DNA of 64,000 nucleotides from an uncultured virus (IMG/VR IMGVR_UViG_3300023257_000017) (IMGVR_UViG_3300023257_000017); one strand, 5' to 3'. Numbered from the stretch's first letter, positions 17,953-27,957 are shown. Translations and numbers: made by a program. The notes: a model not told the origin generated them from the sequence alone.

Positions 17953-18507
17953 ATGGGATATAAGACATTATATATTGATCCGCCATGGATGGAAACTGGT
18001 GGTGGAAAGATTAAGAGGGGTGCTGATAGGCATTACCCACTTATGAAGACAAAAGATATAATCGAATTATTGAAGAGCGAGATATTACCACAGGCTGATG
18101 AGAATTGCCACCTATATCTATGGGTGACTAACAACTTCCTGAAAGATGGGTTGAAGGTTGTTGAAGAATTAGGCTTCAAATATATAACTCTAATAACTTG
18201 GATGAAGGATAGAGCAGGTCTTGGACAATATTTCAGAGGCATGACAGAATCGTGCATTTTTGCAAGGAGAGGTATGTTACCATACAAACTCAAAGACGGT
18301 AAAAGGCAACAAGGAGTAACTGGTTTTACAGAAAAGAGAGGAGAACATTCAGTAAAGCCGATTAAAATGCGACAAATGATAGAAAGGGTATCATATGAGC
18401 CACGCCTTGAAGTATTTGCTAGGCATGAGAGTATTGGATGGGATGTTTTTGGTAATGAAGTGAATAAAAACCCAAGTCTAAATAGATTCATTGAGAAGAT
18501 TGATTAA
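17953..18507 (+). CDS. MT-A70 family N6-adenine methyltransferase
   Basis: YIDPPW, HYPLM, HLYLWVTN, EHSVKP, LEVFAR, GWDVFGNE. Confidence 0.92.
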   Translation: MGYKTLYIDPPWMETGGGKIKRGADRHYPLMKTKDIIELLKSEILPQADENCHLYLWVTNNFLKDGLKVVEELGFKYITLITWMKDRAGLGQYFRGMTESCIFARRGMLPYKLKDGKRQQGVTGFTEKRGEHSVKPIKMRQMIERVSYEPRLEVFARHESIGWDVFGNEVNKNPSLNRFIEKID

Positions 18508-18778
18508 CTATTATTGTTATTTGTCGAGTACTCTGCGAGTAGTTGGTATTCAACCGAGTAGTAGTAGAGTAGTAGGAAGATGATTATTGTTGGATTGGTA
18601 TTGTCATACGTATGTTGTACGTACTTATGTTTTTGTTTTGAAAAGAAAGAAAGAAAGGCTACCCATGCATACGTACACTACACACACACACACCTATCAA
18701 AACATCCACTAAGTAACTAACTAAAGTGTGCGTACGTATGCCATACTCACAAGAAAAGAACAAATATGTACAAATGGA

Positions 18779-18790
18779 AACATTTATATA
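18779..18790 (+). promoter_or_regulatory. archaeal BRE/TATA promoter
   Basis: AACATTTATATA ~22 nt before ATG 18813. Confidence 0.6.
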
Positions 18791-18812
18791 CATCTTATGT
18801 GTAACTATCTAC

Positions 18813-18941
18813 ATGATAAAATTTTCATTCAGAATAAGCGAAGAAGAAGACGAAATGATTAACAAACTGAGAGAGAAAGGATTTAATATATCCCAATTAC
18901 TAAGAAATAAAATAACTAAAGAATATAAAAAACAGGTGTAA
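18813..18941 (+). CDS. ribbon-helix-helix DNA-binding protein
   Basis: MIKFSFRISEEEDEMINKLREKGFNISQLLRNKI. Confidence 0.75.
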   Translation: MIKFSFRISEEEDEMINKLREKGFNISQLLRNKITKEYKKQV

Positions 18942-18947
18942 CTAATA

Positions 18948-19178
18948 ATGATGTATAATTTAGAAAAGAATTATAGACTTGAAATGAAAAAGAATAAAAC
19001 TTTCTATACTGGTAAAATATTACAAGAAGATGCTATCTCTATTAAGTTAAGAACAATAAAGAATGAGACTATAATCTTGAATAAAGACGAAATAAAGAAA
19101 GCTATTGAATTTGAAACTGATAACGAGGAAGATAAAGATGATGAAAAGAAATGTGTTAGGAAAGAAACATTACATTAA
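18948..19178 (+). CDS. small Sm/LSM-like beta protein
   Basis: FYTGKILQED...IILNKDEI pattern. Confidence 0.45.
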   Translation: MMYNLEKNYRLEMKKNKTFYTGKILQEDAISIKLRTIKNETIILNKDEIKKAIEFETDNEEDKDDEKKCVRKETLH

Positions 19179-19584
19179 TTATAGAACGGATTGGTATATT
19201 TATATGCTTGACCTTGGCGATGGAATTAGAAGATCAAAGCATTATGGTAAAAAAAAAGTATTCTATATAGGTATAACAACTGATTTAGGTGTAAGAATAA
19301 ACGAACATGTTTCCGAAGCTATTTCAAGGGGATATACAACAAGATGTTGGCATTTGTTACCTAAGAAGCTGGTATATGTTGAATATCCATTCTATGGGAC
19401 TGAATTTGAAGCTATGCAATATGAAAAGAAATTGAAAGCTAAATCAAGAGATAAAAAGAAAGAACTAATATCAAGCGATAAAAATATACTTTTAAGATTT
19501 TTTCCTATAAATAAGAGAATAATAATAAAGGGAAGTAATGGTAATCAAGAAGAAGCTATTATTATGAAGAGGCGTGACCAATGA
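19138..19584 (+). CDS. GIY-YIG nuclease
   Basis: WYIYML...FYIGITTDL..RINEH...LVYVE...EAMQYEKKLK. Confidence 0.85.
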   Translation: MMKRNVLGKKHYINYRTDWYIYMLDLGDGIRRSKHYGKKKVFYIGITTDLGVRINEHVSEAISRGYTTRCWHLLPKKLVYVEYPFYGTEFEAMQYEKKLKAKSRDKKKELISSDKNILLRFFPINKRIIIKGSNGNQEEAIIMKRRDQ

Positions 19585-20165
19585 ATAAGGTAAATAGGAC
19601 AATATCTATTCCATTGTATGTACACGAAGATGTTAAAAATTCTGGATTAGACGCATCTGCTTTTTTTACATCAGCATGGTTAAATAGTAAGTTTTGTACG
19701 TCATCTATAGTTGAAGAGAAAGAAATATTATTGAAAAAGGTTGGTGAACTAGATAAAAGGCTACAAGAGAATAAGAAGGAACTAGAATCATTTTACAAAA
19801 CTAACAACGCCCAAGAAAGGAATATGTTAAAAGCTATGAACTCTGAGCTTATTAAACATAAGGATGATTTATGCCAACGTGAAACAGTAATAAGTAAATA
19901 TAGAAATAATTATCATAAGTATTTTAATAAATACGTTAGTGGAGAGTTATTGTTAAATAAGATAGATAGGTTGTTTGGTAAGCCAAAAAGCATACAATTA
20001 ACAGAAAAGGCAATAAAAAAGATAAAAGATATACAATCAAAGATGTGTGGAGACACAGAGACGGAAGACAAAATGATTGATATGCATAAATATATCTTAG
20101 AAAAGGAGCTTAATGTAAAACTACAGATAGAAGATGTTAGGTCAATGATACAAGAGGTACAATAA
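19581..20165 (+). CDS. hypothetical protein, possible N-terminal RHH
   Basis: RTISIP strand followed by coiled coil. Confidence 0.55.
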   Translation: MNKVNRTISIPLYVHEDVKNSGLDASAFFTSAWLNSKFCTSSIVEEKEILLKKVGELDKRLQENKKELESFYKTNNAQERNMLKAMNSELIKHKDDLCQRETVISKYRNNYHKYFNKYVSGELLLNKIDRLFGKPKSIQLTEKAIKKIKDIQSKMCGDTETEDKMIDMHKYILEKELNVKLQIEDVRSMIQEVQ

Positions 20166-20167
20166 AA

Positions 20168-20425
20168 ATGAGCAAAGTAACACAAGAAAGACTTAATATT
20201 TGTGGAGAAGTAACAGACATATTTTATGATAAAGACGTTAGGAAGTTAAATCTAGAGTTAGTAAAAGATAAAATAGGAACTCCTATGATTATATTTCAAA
20301 ATTGGACTGGTAGAAAATGCACAAACCTCTTAACTTTACACATAAAAGAAGCAATAGAACTAAAATCAATAATTGATAAATTAGTGTTGGATTATACTGA
20401 ACATTTGATTGAAGGAGAAGATTAA
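20168..20425 (+). CDS. hypothetical protein
   Basis: GAGGT RBS. Confidence 0.55.
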   Translation: MSKVTQERLNICGEVTDIFYDKDVRKLNLELVKDKIGTPMIIFQNWTGRKCTNLLTLHIKEAIELKSIIDKLVLDYTEHLIEGED

Positions 20426-20427
20426 AA

Positions 20428-21012
20428 ATGATAGAAAAACAAGAAAATTACAATACACAAGAAGAATTGGAGATGGATACAATGGAGAATATGGAAGTAG
20501 TAGAAGCAAAAGTTGAATTTAAAGTAGAACAAGAGCCAGAAGGAGCAGAAGAAATTAGCGAGTTTGAATTTCACTGCAAGCAATATAAAGAAGTAAATAA
20601 GAAGATAGAAGAAACAAGAGCTAATTATGATTCAGAAACAGAATCTTTAAGGCTAGAAATAAACCGTCTACAGATCAAATTAAGCGACATACATAAAGAG
20701 AAATATCAAGAAATACTTACTGTTCTTAGCCAAGAGAAAGATAGCGTAAATGAGAGCATATTAGATAATTGGACATCTGAGAAGAAAACAGTAGATACTG
20801 ATTATGGTAAATTCACTCGTAAAGTTCTAAAAAGCATAGAAATCACTGACAAAAACGTGCTTATTGCGGAATTATCACAAAAAGGACTGCTAAATAAGGT
20901 AATTAAGACATTTGATAATACTAAACTAAGAAGTTGGATTGAAGATGAAGTTATCGAGAAAGGTGCTTTGTTGGTAGAAAAGCATTCTTTGGCTTATAAA
21001 AAGGTGGAATAA
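20428..21012 (+). CDS. coiled-coil protein, possibly Gam/Gp157-like
   Basis: Coiled coil, then KTVDTDYGKFTRK...IEITD and GALLVEK. Confidence 0.5.
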   Translation: MIEKQENYNTQEELEMDTMENMEVVEAKVEFKVEQEPEGAEEISEFEFHCKQYKEVNKKIEETRANYDSETESLRLEINRLQIKLSDIHKEKYQEILTVLSQEKDSVNESILDNWTSEKKTVDTDYGKFTRKVLKSIEITDKNVLIAELSQKGLLNKVIKTFDNTKLRSWIEDEVIEKGALLVEKHSLAYKKVE

Positions 21013-21393
21013 ATGAAGTTTCAAGAGGGAGTAGAGAACTTAGAAGTCAATAAGAATAGTCATTTAATAGTTCAAGGGTTCGGCAATGAATATAGATTGA
21101 ACTGTGATAATGTAGTTATTAATGAGAATGGTAAGAAAATAAATATTACTCCTGCATTTTTGAGGAATGATTTTACGTTATGTTTTGATAAGAACTCATT
21201 AAGTGATAAAGTACTTCCTGTATGCGGTACGGGAGGACAATTCAAGAAAGAAGATGTAAAATATACAATATCAGTTATAAAGAATAGGATGCAAAAAGAA
21301 TTATTTAATGATAGTAATGCGCTTAAAAGAGGTATTTGTCCAAAAGATTTCTGGGATATTATTAATGAAGAAGTTGGTGATGAATTAAAATGA
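21013..21393 (+). CDS. hypothetical protein
   Basis: AGGTGG RBS. Confidence 0.55.
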   Translation: MKFQEGVENLEVNKNSHLIVQGFGNEYRLNCDNVVINENGKKINITPAFLRNDFTLCFDKNSLSDKVLPVCGTGGQFKKEDVKYTISVIKNRMQKELFNDSNALKRGICPKDFWDIINEEVGDELK

Positions 21394-21605
21394 AAAAGAC
21401 AATTGAAGTTGAAATCTGTGACCTTTGTAAAGAAAAAGAAGAAGATTTAGAGTCTTGTGAAGTTTGTAAAAAAGAATTCTGTGATAGATGTGCGCCAGAT
21501 GAACATTGGCAACTTGGTGAATTCTCTTTATGTTCTGATTGTCTAGATAAAGTAACTGATAAAATACCTGGATTAATTGAAAAAATGAAAGAAGAAATTA
21601 AATAA
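21390..21605 (+). CDS. Cys-rich zinc-finger protein
   Basis: Four CxxC motifs. Confidence 0.6.
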   Translation: MKKTIEVEICDLCKEKEEDLESCEVCKKEFCDRCAPDEHWQLGEFSLCSDCLDKVTDKIPGLIEKMKEEIK

Positions 21606-21784
21606 CTGGGTGAGAAGAAAATGAAATGTGCTGATTGTGGAAAAGACGCAGTTTGCCTAGCAACATTGGGATATCAAGTTAGTTGGGCATTTTGTAAAGC
21701 CTGTGCTAAAAGAAGAATGTTGAAAGCAAAAGGGTTTTGGGGTCAATGTGATACTGAGGATTTAGATGATGAGGTGTATCCAAA

Positions 21785-22039
21785 ATGATACTTGAAGGAA
21801 TAATTCAAAAAGATGGAAGCGTCTTGACAGAGAAAAATGGAGAATTTTATCTTCCTTTCCGTGGAACTGATGATGATGGCTATCCTGAAGTCATTATGGA
21901 TGCAAAGGCAGTCGGAGGATATGGTTGGATGAGTAGACAATCAATCAAACCGTACATAGGCATGACAGTACAGTTTTATTGCAAAGAAGAAAAATTAGGT
22001 GGATCTAACTATACTATATTGCCTAATAAAGAGGAATAA
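21785..22039 (+). CDS. hypothetical protein
   Basis: GAGGTG RBS. Confidence 0.55.
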   Translation: MILEGIIQKDGSVLTEKNGEFYLPFRGTDDDGYPEVIMDAKAVGGYGWMSRQSIKPYIGMTVQFYCKEEKLGGSNYTILPNKEE

Positions 22040-22045
22040 AGAAAA

Positions 22046-22306
22046 ATGACAAAAAGAATGAAACAACCATATCCAGAACCAAAACCAGGATCACCAAGAC
22101 CGTTAGGAGCGTGTGTTATTCAAGACATAATACCTGAAGTTTACGAGTGTAATCATAAATGGATATTGACTTCAAGAATTCCTGATTGTGGTGGATACAC
22201 AAATGGAGTAAATGGTAAAGATAAATTTGCTGACTTTGAATTTGTATGTCCTGAATGTGGAGAAATAAAAGTATATACAAAACTTTTAAACATACAAAAG
22301 GAATAA
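22046..22306 (+). CDS. zinc-ribbon protein
   Basis: CNHKW...CPECG. Confidence 0.55.
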   Translation: MTKRMKQPYPEPKPGSPRPLGACVIQDIIPEVYECNHKWILTSRIPDCGGYTNGVNGKDKFADFEFVCPECGEIKVYTKLLNIQKE

Positions 22307-22523
22307 ATACATGACAAATAATATATATCAAGAGGTTGATTTGAAATGAAAATAAAAAAGATGAAAAAGGAAATGAAAGAAAAACTAAAAAAACACGAGA
22401 TAGGCAATAAGTTTGTTCAAGCATTAGTTAATTTAGCGGTGTTTGAGGGGTACAAAATAGTAAAGAACGTAAGTAAAAGAATAGCAAAAAAAACTAACAG
22501 ACTAATGAATAAAATAGGTGTAG

Positions 22524-22898
22524 ATGAAGATGACGACTACTGATATAAAAGATAAGTTGTCAAAAATTGCAGCTAAAACATTAAATATAGGAAAAGATGA
22601 GACAGTAAAAAGCTATAAAGAATTTACATTTATAACTCTAATTAAAGCAGCAATATATTCAGGATTAACTTTTTTGTTTTATTTTACTATTAGTAGTTAT
22701 ATCAAAATAGCTATTATAAATACGCTTTTATTATGGGTTTGTATGTTAGCTTGTGTTTACTTTATGTTTAATGCAGTTAAGTTTATGTTCCCTAGATATT
22801 TAGTGATGGAATATTTATTCGGAAAATTGTTCAAAGGAAATAAATTATTCAAAAGTAAAAAAAGAAGAGGAAGTTTACCTAAATTTAGAGGATTATAA
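22524..22898 (+). CDS. membrane protein (2 TM)
   Basis: Two hydrophobic segments; AGGTG RBS. Confidence 0.6.
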   Translation: MKMTTTDIKDKLSKIAAKTLNIGKDETVKSYKEFTFITLIKAAIYSGLTFLFYFTISSYIKIAIINTLLLWVCMLACVYFMFNAVKFMFPRYLVMEYLFGKLFKGNKLFKSKKRRGSLPKFRGL

Positions 22899-22899
22899 T

Positions 22900-23334
22900 A
22901 TGATTTCAAAAGATAGTATAGACTGTGTAACTTTTAAAGCTAAAAAAAAGTTTGTTTTTTTAAATTTAATAAGAAAACTACAAGTTACTTTAAGTGAATC
23001 TTTAAATGAAAAAGTATATTTTGAAAAATATACTGTAGATAGTGATTTTGGTAATTCGAAATATGCAATATTATTTATCAAAAAGAGGTTTAAAAAGGAA
23101 ATTATTGTTGAAATTGATCTGGACGATTTTGAAATTTTGAAAGAGATAGTTATAAATTATAAATATTATCCTATATTAAAATCTACTTTACAACTAAGTA
23201 AAATTAACTTAAGAGTAAAAATAGTGAGACAGATTAAACTTCATAAATATAACTTCCTTTATTTTTTAATTATTTTCATTATAATTATGTTATTTTGGAT
23301 ACTGTTTTTTGTAAAATTTGGAATTAACACATAA
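22900..23334 (+). CDS. protein with C-terminal TM anchor
   Basis: FLYFLIIFIIIMLFWILFFV. Confidence 0.55.
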   Translation: MISKDSIDCVTFKAKKKFVFLNLIRKLQVTLSESLNEKVYFEKYTVDSDFGNSKYAILFIKKRFKKEIIVEIDLDDFEILKEIVINYKYYPILKSTLQLSKINLRVKIVRQIKLHKYNFLYFLIIFIIIMLFWILFFVKFGINT

Positions 23335-23341
23335 TAAGAAA

Positions 23342-23638
23342 ATGACAGAGAATATATATATCATAAAGAATAAATGTCCTAAGTGCGAAACAGAGATTGA
23401 TTGTCCATATACAGAAGAAATTAAATGTACTTGTATAAAATGGAACTGTAAGAACGAATTTCATAAGGAACTACAAGGAATAATTGGCGTTACACTAAAA
23501 CAAGAAGATGATAAATTTACTATGAAGAATGAAGAAACAGGATTGAATGCAACATATACAAATTATGATCAGATAGAGAAAGACCTTGAGATATTAAGGC
23601 AACAACAAGAAATAATTAACAAAAACAAAGGTGAATGA
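23342..23638 (+). CDS. hypothetical Zn-binding protein
   Basis: CPKC...CTC. Confidence 0.5.
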   Translation: MTENIYIIKNKCPKCETEIDCPYTEEIKCTCIKWNCKNEFHKELQGIIGVTLKQEDDKFTMKNEETGLNATYTNYDQIEKDLEILRQQQEIINKNKGE

Positions 23639-24224
23639 AAAAATGACAAATGAAATTATGGTTGGAACAATTAGTGGCGTAGTAATAACAAACGGAGTAA
23701 AAGCCTCTAATGAAGCATGGAAGAGAGCATCAATAGACATTGTATTGGGTGATGGTTCTAAGACAAAAGCATCAACATTTAACGAGTCAGACATTGATAT
23801 AGCAAACTCTCTTAATGGTAAGTTAGCAGAGATTACTTACGTTAAGAAAGGTACATATAACAATATGACTAAAGGTGGAATTAAACCTGCAAACGGACAA
23901 GCAACAACTCCTAGTCCTACACAAGCAGCACAATCTCCTGTTCAAGTAGAATCTAAATCTCTTATGGCAAGTAATAATTTTGCTCAATCGGAAAGAAAGA
24001 AAATTCGTGGTATGTGCGTCAGCTATAGCAAAGATATTTTTTGTTCTGGAAAGATTGAATTAAATAAATTATGTAATGTTGCTGATGAAATGTTCCATTA
24101 TGTAATGACAGGAATACTTCCAGAAGATAGAGCTAAAAAGCTAGCAGAAAAATCACCTGGTCTACAGTCAGCAGACAAAATATCAAGTGAAGAATCAGAA
24201 GTAGAAGAAGAAATAATAGAATAA
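23631..24224 (+). CDS. putative ssDNA-binding (OB-fold) protein
   Basis: Beta-rich N-domain (ASTF...EITYVKKGTYNN), Pro/Gln linker, acidic C-terminal tail. Confidence 0.45.
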   Translation: MNEKMTNEIMVGTISGVVITNGVKASNEAWKRASIDIVLGDGSKTKASTFNESDIDIANSLNGKLAEITYVKKGTYNNMTKGGIKPANGQATTPSPTQAAQSPVQVESKSLMASNNFAQSERKKIRGMCVSYSKDIFCSGKIELNKLCNVADEMFHYVMTGILPEDRAKKLAEKSPGLQSADKISSEESEVEEEIIE

Positions 24225-24444
24225 ATAGATCCATCCTAAGCATGATATAAACTGCTTAATATATTAAACAAAAGAGATGAAAGAAAATGAACTGGAAGAA
24301 TAAATGTAAATGTGGAGTAGAATTATTTGATAAGGATATTGTTGAATACATAAAAGGAAATTCAAAAGATTACATTGAGTTGCCTGGTAAATATAGATGT
24401 CCTAAGTGTTTTAAAACTAAAAAAGTAAATGAGAAGTCTGAATA

Positions 24445-24801
24445 ATGTCTAATCAAAATCTAAGGAACATAACGTGTGATATAAAAGAATTTAATAACAT
24501 TTACGAGTTTAAGACCTATGAACTTGGCAGAAGATGTCCAATATGTAAAACTTTTTATACACACTTAAAGAGAGAATATTGCCTTCATTGTAAGAAGAAG
24601 GAGAATCTAAGAATAAAACTTTATGATACAACCAAAGAGCGTATAGGTAGGATTAGTAAGGACTTAACCAAATACAGTTGTTGTTGTGTTTGGGGATCGT
24701 TTCATCAATTTGCTATTTACTGGCAGACAATCTATAAATCCTCAATTTGTAAGCATGTATTGGTGGCAATTAGAAAAATTAGAAAGAAGGAGAAGAGATG
24801 A
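24445..24801 (+). CDS. SWIM zinc-finger protein
   Basis: YSCCC...ICKHVL plus an N-terminal CxxC pair. Confidence 0.65.
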   Translation: MSNQNLRNITCDIKEFNNIYEFKTYELGRRCPICKTFYTHLKREYCLHCKKKENLRIKLYDTTKERIGRISKDLTKYSCCCVWGSFHQFAIYWQTIYKSSICKHVLVAIRKIRKKEKR

Positions 24802-24959
24802 TAGTAAAGAAAAGCAAAAGAACAAAGCCATACCTAAGGCGATGTAAAAGGTGTCATAATACATACAGAACTACAGCAAAATGCTCAAAAATATGTCCTA
24901 ATTGCAACCTCCAATCTGGTGGTGTTAGATGGTTTGTAGAAGAAAAAGGTGATTAAAAG

Positions 24960-25259
24960 ATGGAAAATGTAACAATATATAAAAATAAAAACACCCATGT
25001 ATTCATACATAAATTAGAATCTCTTACAAAAACAGATATTTATGCAATAGTTAGTAAAAAGGAAGAAGATAAGGCAGAAGATTGGATTGCAAAAATAAAA
25101 TGGAATGGTGCATGGCGAAAGTATAGATTAGAAACTGACGCATACACAGGATGGGATGAGAAATGCTTGAAAGAAATAGTAAATTTCCTAGAGAAAATAA
25201 ATAAAGAACATAAAGAAAAAATAAAGGTGACTAAAAATGATTCCGATAATAGTAAATGA
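24960..25259 (+). CDS. hypothetical protein
   Basis: AGGTGA RBS; IKWNGAWRKY. Confidence 0.6.
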   Translation: MENVTIYKNKNTHVFIHKLESLTKTDIYAIVSKKEEDKAEDWIAKIKWNGAWRKYRLETDAYTGWDEKCLKEIVNFLEKINKEHKEKIKVTKNDSDNSK

Positions 25260-25452
25260 TGATACACGCTCAGTAAAAGAGAAGAAAAAGATAAAAACCT
25301 ATTTAGATGAAATAAAAACAATAAAAATAGATTGTTCAAAATATGGAAATTCAAAAGCAAAAATTACAAGGGGTAGATATGTCATTTCGAAATGTTGACA
25401 CAAGGTTTTGCGTTCATACTAAAGACCACATACATCAAGGGGATATTTGAAA

Positions 25453-25878
25453 ATGGATAAATACGAAAAGCATAAACAAAGGATGGAAATGCGTAATATT
25501 GAATACGCAGAGAAAAGGAAAAATCGTGCAGACTCTAAGATGTCAGGCTATCAACTAATTGACCATGCATATAATGTTAGGGAAGGAACTATAAAGTATG
25601 GTAAAGGCGTTACATTGAATCATTTATTGGCTATGGCTAAGGTTAGCTGGATGTTAAAAAGGCTTAATAAAAGGCACTATACAGAGCTTATATTCAAGAA
25701 AGAATTGGGTGTTGGTAGAGCTGATATATTTGTTGTAAATGACTTAATTGTGTACGAAATTTTATGTTCAGAAAGTATCAGCAAGTTCAAAGAAATAAAG
25801 TTACAAAACTATCCTGCAGGATTAGAAATAATTCCACTTAAAGCAGAAGATGTATTGAAAGAGGATTTTAAACTATGA
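25453..25878 (+). CDS. PD-(D/E)XK-like nuclease fold protein
   Basis: H...YTE...RADI...VYEI..SE. Confidence 0.55.
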   Translation: MDKYEKHKQRMEMRNIEYAEKRKNRADSKMSGYQLIDHAYNVREGTIKYGKGVTLNHLLAMAKVSWMLKRLNKRHYTELIFKKELGVGRADIFVVNDLIVYEILCSESISKFKEIKLQNYPAGLEIIPLKAEDVLKEDFKL

Positions 25879-26108
25879 AATTTAAAAAAGATGGAAGAAT
25901 AATAGTTACAGAGATAGATAGGAACAAGATATTTAATCATTTTATAAGGAATATCGCACCTAAAGTTGGAAGGGTTACAAGTGGTCCAGGAAGAATACAG
26001 GAAGCAATAATGGTAGATAAACAATGGTATGGCCTTTTTGTAGATGATAAAAATCCAAATATGACATCAGATGAATTAATCCCGTTGATGGATAAGGAAA
26101 TACTTTGA
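25875..26108 (+). CDS. hypothetical protein
   Basis: ATGA overlap. Confidence 0.5.
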   Translation: MKFKKDGRIIVTEIDRNKIFNHFIRNIAPKVGRVTSGPGRIQEAIMVDKQWYGLFVDDKNPNMTSDELIPLMDKEIL

Positions 26109-26289
26109 GAGGATTTTAAATTATGAGAAAAATAAAAGCTATTATACTTGATGGATTACATTTTATATTTATAAATAGAGGAGTTAATAATTATCTGTTT
26201 ACAAGTGAAGAATTAAACAAAGCAAAATTAAGATACATAGCAGATAAAAGAAGAATTGACTTACAGATGGAAGAAAAGAGGTGAATTGA

Positions 26290-26565
26290 ATGATAGAAAA
26301 TATATGTGTTGTTAACAAAGGAAAAGTCCGTCAATTTGAAGTTGGAGTAAATGGAATATTTGCTTATGATAATATAATGTATATAAGAAGTGGAAGTTTT
26401 GAAAAAAGAGTTAAGAGTGTAAAAGACGTAATCGCTTATTTCAAAGAAAACTATATTGATAGAAACAAAAGCTATAGTATTTCCAACCATAATTTGCTTG
26501 ATAAGGAATGGTCACATTTAGAACAAAGTATTAATAGATATGAAAAGAAGAAAGATAATAAATAA
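26290..26565 (+). CDS. hypothetical protein
   Basis: GAGGTGA RBS. Confidence 0.55.
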   Translation: MIENICVVNKGKVRQFEVGVNGIFAYDNIMYIRSGSFEKRVKSVKDVIAYFKENYIDRNKSYSISNHNLLDKEWSHLEQSINRYEKKKDNK

Positions 26566-26609
26566 CGTGATGTATGTACATAATAATTAAATAACTTGAG
26601 GTTAATAAT

Positions 26610-26960
26610 ATGAGTATGAAAAAAGGTAAAAACATAAGAATTATCGTTTGGTGGATAAAAGCACTTTGTATAGCATCATTTTTACTATCAGTAATAGGGT
26701 ATGTAACTGCCTGGGAATTTAAACCTGACTTACAAAATTATAACAGAGATGCAAGATTAGCTACCAAACAAATAGTTTATAAAAGTGAACTGTTTAAAGA
26801 ATTAACAAACACAGATTGTGTTCCAAAAGAAAAGATAATAAAAAAACAAGTGAATGTATATAATATTGAAGGGGAGATTGTTCAATCTGCTATTGATTAC
26901 AATAGAATATACCATCATCAAAAAAAGAAATTAAAAACAATGGGGTTTAAGATTAAATGA
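26610..26960 (+). CDS. membrane or secreted protein
   Basis: Basic N-terminus followed by a hydrophobic helix. Confidence 0.55.
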   Translation: MSMKKGKNIRIIVWWIKALCIASFLLSVIGYVTAWEFKPDLQNYNRDARLATKQIVYKSELFKELTNTDCVPKEKIIKKQVNVYNIEGEIVQSAIDYNRIYHHQKKKLKTMGFKIK

Positions 26961-27193
26961 CCAAAGAAACACTGAAAGAATATTTTAAAAATTCTTTTAT
27001 CAAAGAAAATGTTATAATGTTAAATGTTTTTGATAAATTAACAGAAGAAGAATTTGATTTGTTTTATAACTTATTTAGATTTAAACTCCAAGAACAAGAA
27101 AAACAATTTGAAGATAATGAATATAAACTCAATGAAAATCTTAATATAGGTAGTACAGTATTCATTAAGAGTAGCAAAAAAGGTAATTGCTAG
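26957..27193 (+). CDS. hypothetical protein
   Basis: ATGA overlap. Confidence 0.45.
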   Translation: MTKETLKEYFKNSFIKENVIMLNVFDKLTEEEFDLFYNLFRFKLQEQEKQFEDNEYKLNENLNIGSTVFIKSSKKGNC

Positions 27194-27234
27194 TTCAAGA
27201 AAAAAGCTTATATAAATAAGAGGATAAAAATTAA

Positions 27235-27438
27235 ATGACCGAAGAAACACCTTTCAAAAAGATACAGTTTTATGGAGCTGGTGATGTTTTTGGTTGGAAT
27301 GAAAAAAATTATCCTCTTTTTACACATTTCATAGTGAATTTTTCAGATGATTTTAAAGATAGAATTGGATTAGCATTAAGCAATCCAAGAGATATTTATA
27401 TGTGTGATAGAGAGAAGTGGGTTGGTAGGAATGAATAA
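27235..27438 (+). CDS. hypothetical protein
   Basis: Preceded by AAAAAGCTTATATAAA TATA box. Confidence 0.5.
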   Translation: MTEETPFKKIQFYGAGDVFGWNEKNYPLFTHFIVNFSDDFKDRIGLALSNPRDIYMCDREKWVGRNE

Positions 27439-27460
27439 AGATAAGAAAAAGAGGTAAAAA

Positions 27461-27709
27461 ATGGGAATTGAAAAGCTAACTATGGAAGAAATGCGTGATA
27501 AGACAATTAAGAATTTACCACAAAAAGTTTTAGATGATTGTAGAGAACAAATTAGTAGAATAACAAATCCTAGTACTGATTATTATGACAGAAAAATGGC
27601 ACAAAAAGTATTTTCAAGAACAATAGTAAAATTAAGCAACAAAGGATATTACACTGAATACTTAAGTAATTTATATGAAAAATATGTAAAACAATACGGT
27701 GATTGGTGA
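27461..27709 (+). CDS. hypothetical protein
   Basis: GAGGT RBS. Confidence 0.55.
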   Translation: MGIEKLTMEEMRDKTIKNLPQKVLDDCREQISRITNPSTDYYDRKMAQKVFSRTIVKLSNKGYYTEYLSNLYEKYVKQYGDW

Positions 27710-27746
27710 TTTATTTCATCGAAAGATTAAGGAGAGGTAAATAAAA

Positions 27747-27956
27747 ATGTTGAATGAGAAGAATGAGAAAAAACTTACTACAATGGTAAACGACCTAATA
27801 GTAACAGGAAACTATGTGGAAGCAAAAAAGATATTAGATCAAACAAGTCAAAAAGAGTATAAGCATTTTGATAAATATATGAATATGTTACAGACCTATC
27901 AGAAGCAAAACAAAAAATATAATAAAGATACAGAATATTCACCCAGTGGCGTTTAA
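27747..27956 (+). CDS. hypothetical protein
   Basis: GAGGT RBS. Confidence 0.5.
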   Translation: MLNEKNEKKLTTMVNDLIVTGNYVEAKKILDQTSQKEYKHFDKYMNMLQTYQKQNKKYNKDTEYSPSGV

Positions 27957-27957
27957 A

